The position numbers and the translations under genes are program-made. Shown piece after piece: positions 63,504-64,000 of a stretch of DNA of 64,000 nt (its first letter is position 1; every line of letters begins with the position of its first letter). The notes under the pieces were generated by a model. It was given only the letters and a program-made list of their open reading frames with translations, ran no database searches and was not told the DNA's origin. The stretch spans positions 1 to 64,000 of IMG/VR virus record IMGVR_UViG_3300023179_000026; one strand, given 5' to 3'. Source of the DNA: a virus.

Positions 63504-64000
63504 TTAAGCAACCTTTAAGCTTGATTTAAGATTTCCTTGGTATGGTGAACGTAACCATTCTACATAAAAATTAGCTGATTCTGAAATTTTAATCAGTTGA
63601 TACTTACCGCAGAATCTCATAAATTCTGTACCAACTTGTCCTACAGGTTCTTTACTAACTGTATTATTAATCACTTCATCTAATACTTGTTTTACTTCTT
63701 CAGGCTGTAATGTCAAGTCTATTAGTACACGATTACGTTCGTAATCATCTTTTACTTTATGTTCAACCCCATTGTGATCGACCCAACGTTGTTGCATAAC
63801 ATTGTTCCAATTAAATCCTTTTTTATCACGATCTGCATATGCTTCAATCAGCCCAATTGTTTTTTTGGTGGATTTTTTTCGTACACCTGGGTATGCGCTG
63901 AAGATGTTATCAGTGCTATCACCACGCATACACTTTTCAAATAATATAAATTGTGGGTCACCTACTTGTTTGTGCTCTTTTGTTTTATTGTCAATAATAG
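63504..64000 (-). CDS. RNase H / 5'-3' exonuclease (T4 rnh-like), C-terminal part (5' truncated)
   Basis: RGDSTDNI..AYPGV H3TH motif; Y.RN..LIDL..QP. Confidence 0.8.
   Translation of the reverse strand, partial: IIDNKTKEHKQVGDPQFILFEKCMRGDSTDNIFSAYPGVRKKSTKKTIGLIEAYADRDKKGFNWNNVMQQRWVDHNGVEHKVKDDYERNRVLIDLTLQPEEVKQVLDEVINNTVSKEPVGQVGTEFMRFCGKYQLIKISESANFYVEWLRSPYQGNLKSSLKVA

Overview
AT-rich (roughly one-third GC by eye) 64-kb segment of a large tailed phage genome, mostly coded on the minus strand in the standard genetic code. It has T4-like replication and late-transcription features: gp41-like helicase, gp61-like primase, gp62-like clamp-loader subunit, UvsW, RNase H, TATAAATA-type late promoters, class Ia ribonucleotide reductase and a PAAR spike. 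A stand-alone DnaE (Pol III alpha) core fragment is also present. From about 5.4 to 22 kb lies a dispersed array of 27 tRNA or tRNA-like genes covering all 20 amino acids, interleaved with 2OG-Fe(II) oxygenases and HNH endonucleases. The most notable content is a translation-defence/RNA module. (1) A Ro60-like TROVE/vWA (DUF2828) gene occurs with four copies of a structured RNA sharing a covarying terminal stem and an invariant ACAGCAA motif; these carry tRNA parts (Ser-type anticodon arms, and a circularly permuted YrlA-like tRNA elbow). (2) A 38-codon leader peptide containing 19 of the 20 amino acids is coupled to a terminator/antiterminator switch at the head of the tRNA array, consistent with a general tRNA-depletion attenuator. 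Also seen: an anticodon-less tRNA mimic, a duplicated tRNA-Lys cassette, an RNAP omega homolog, a GGQ peptidyl-tRNA hydrolase, a RiPP-like ligase/subtilase cluster and a Rieske oxygenase. All assignments come from reading motifs and folding by hand. No database searches were run, so family names and novelty need confirmation.
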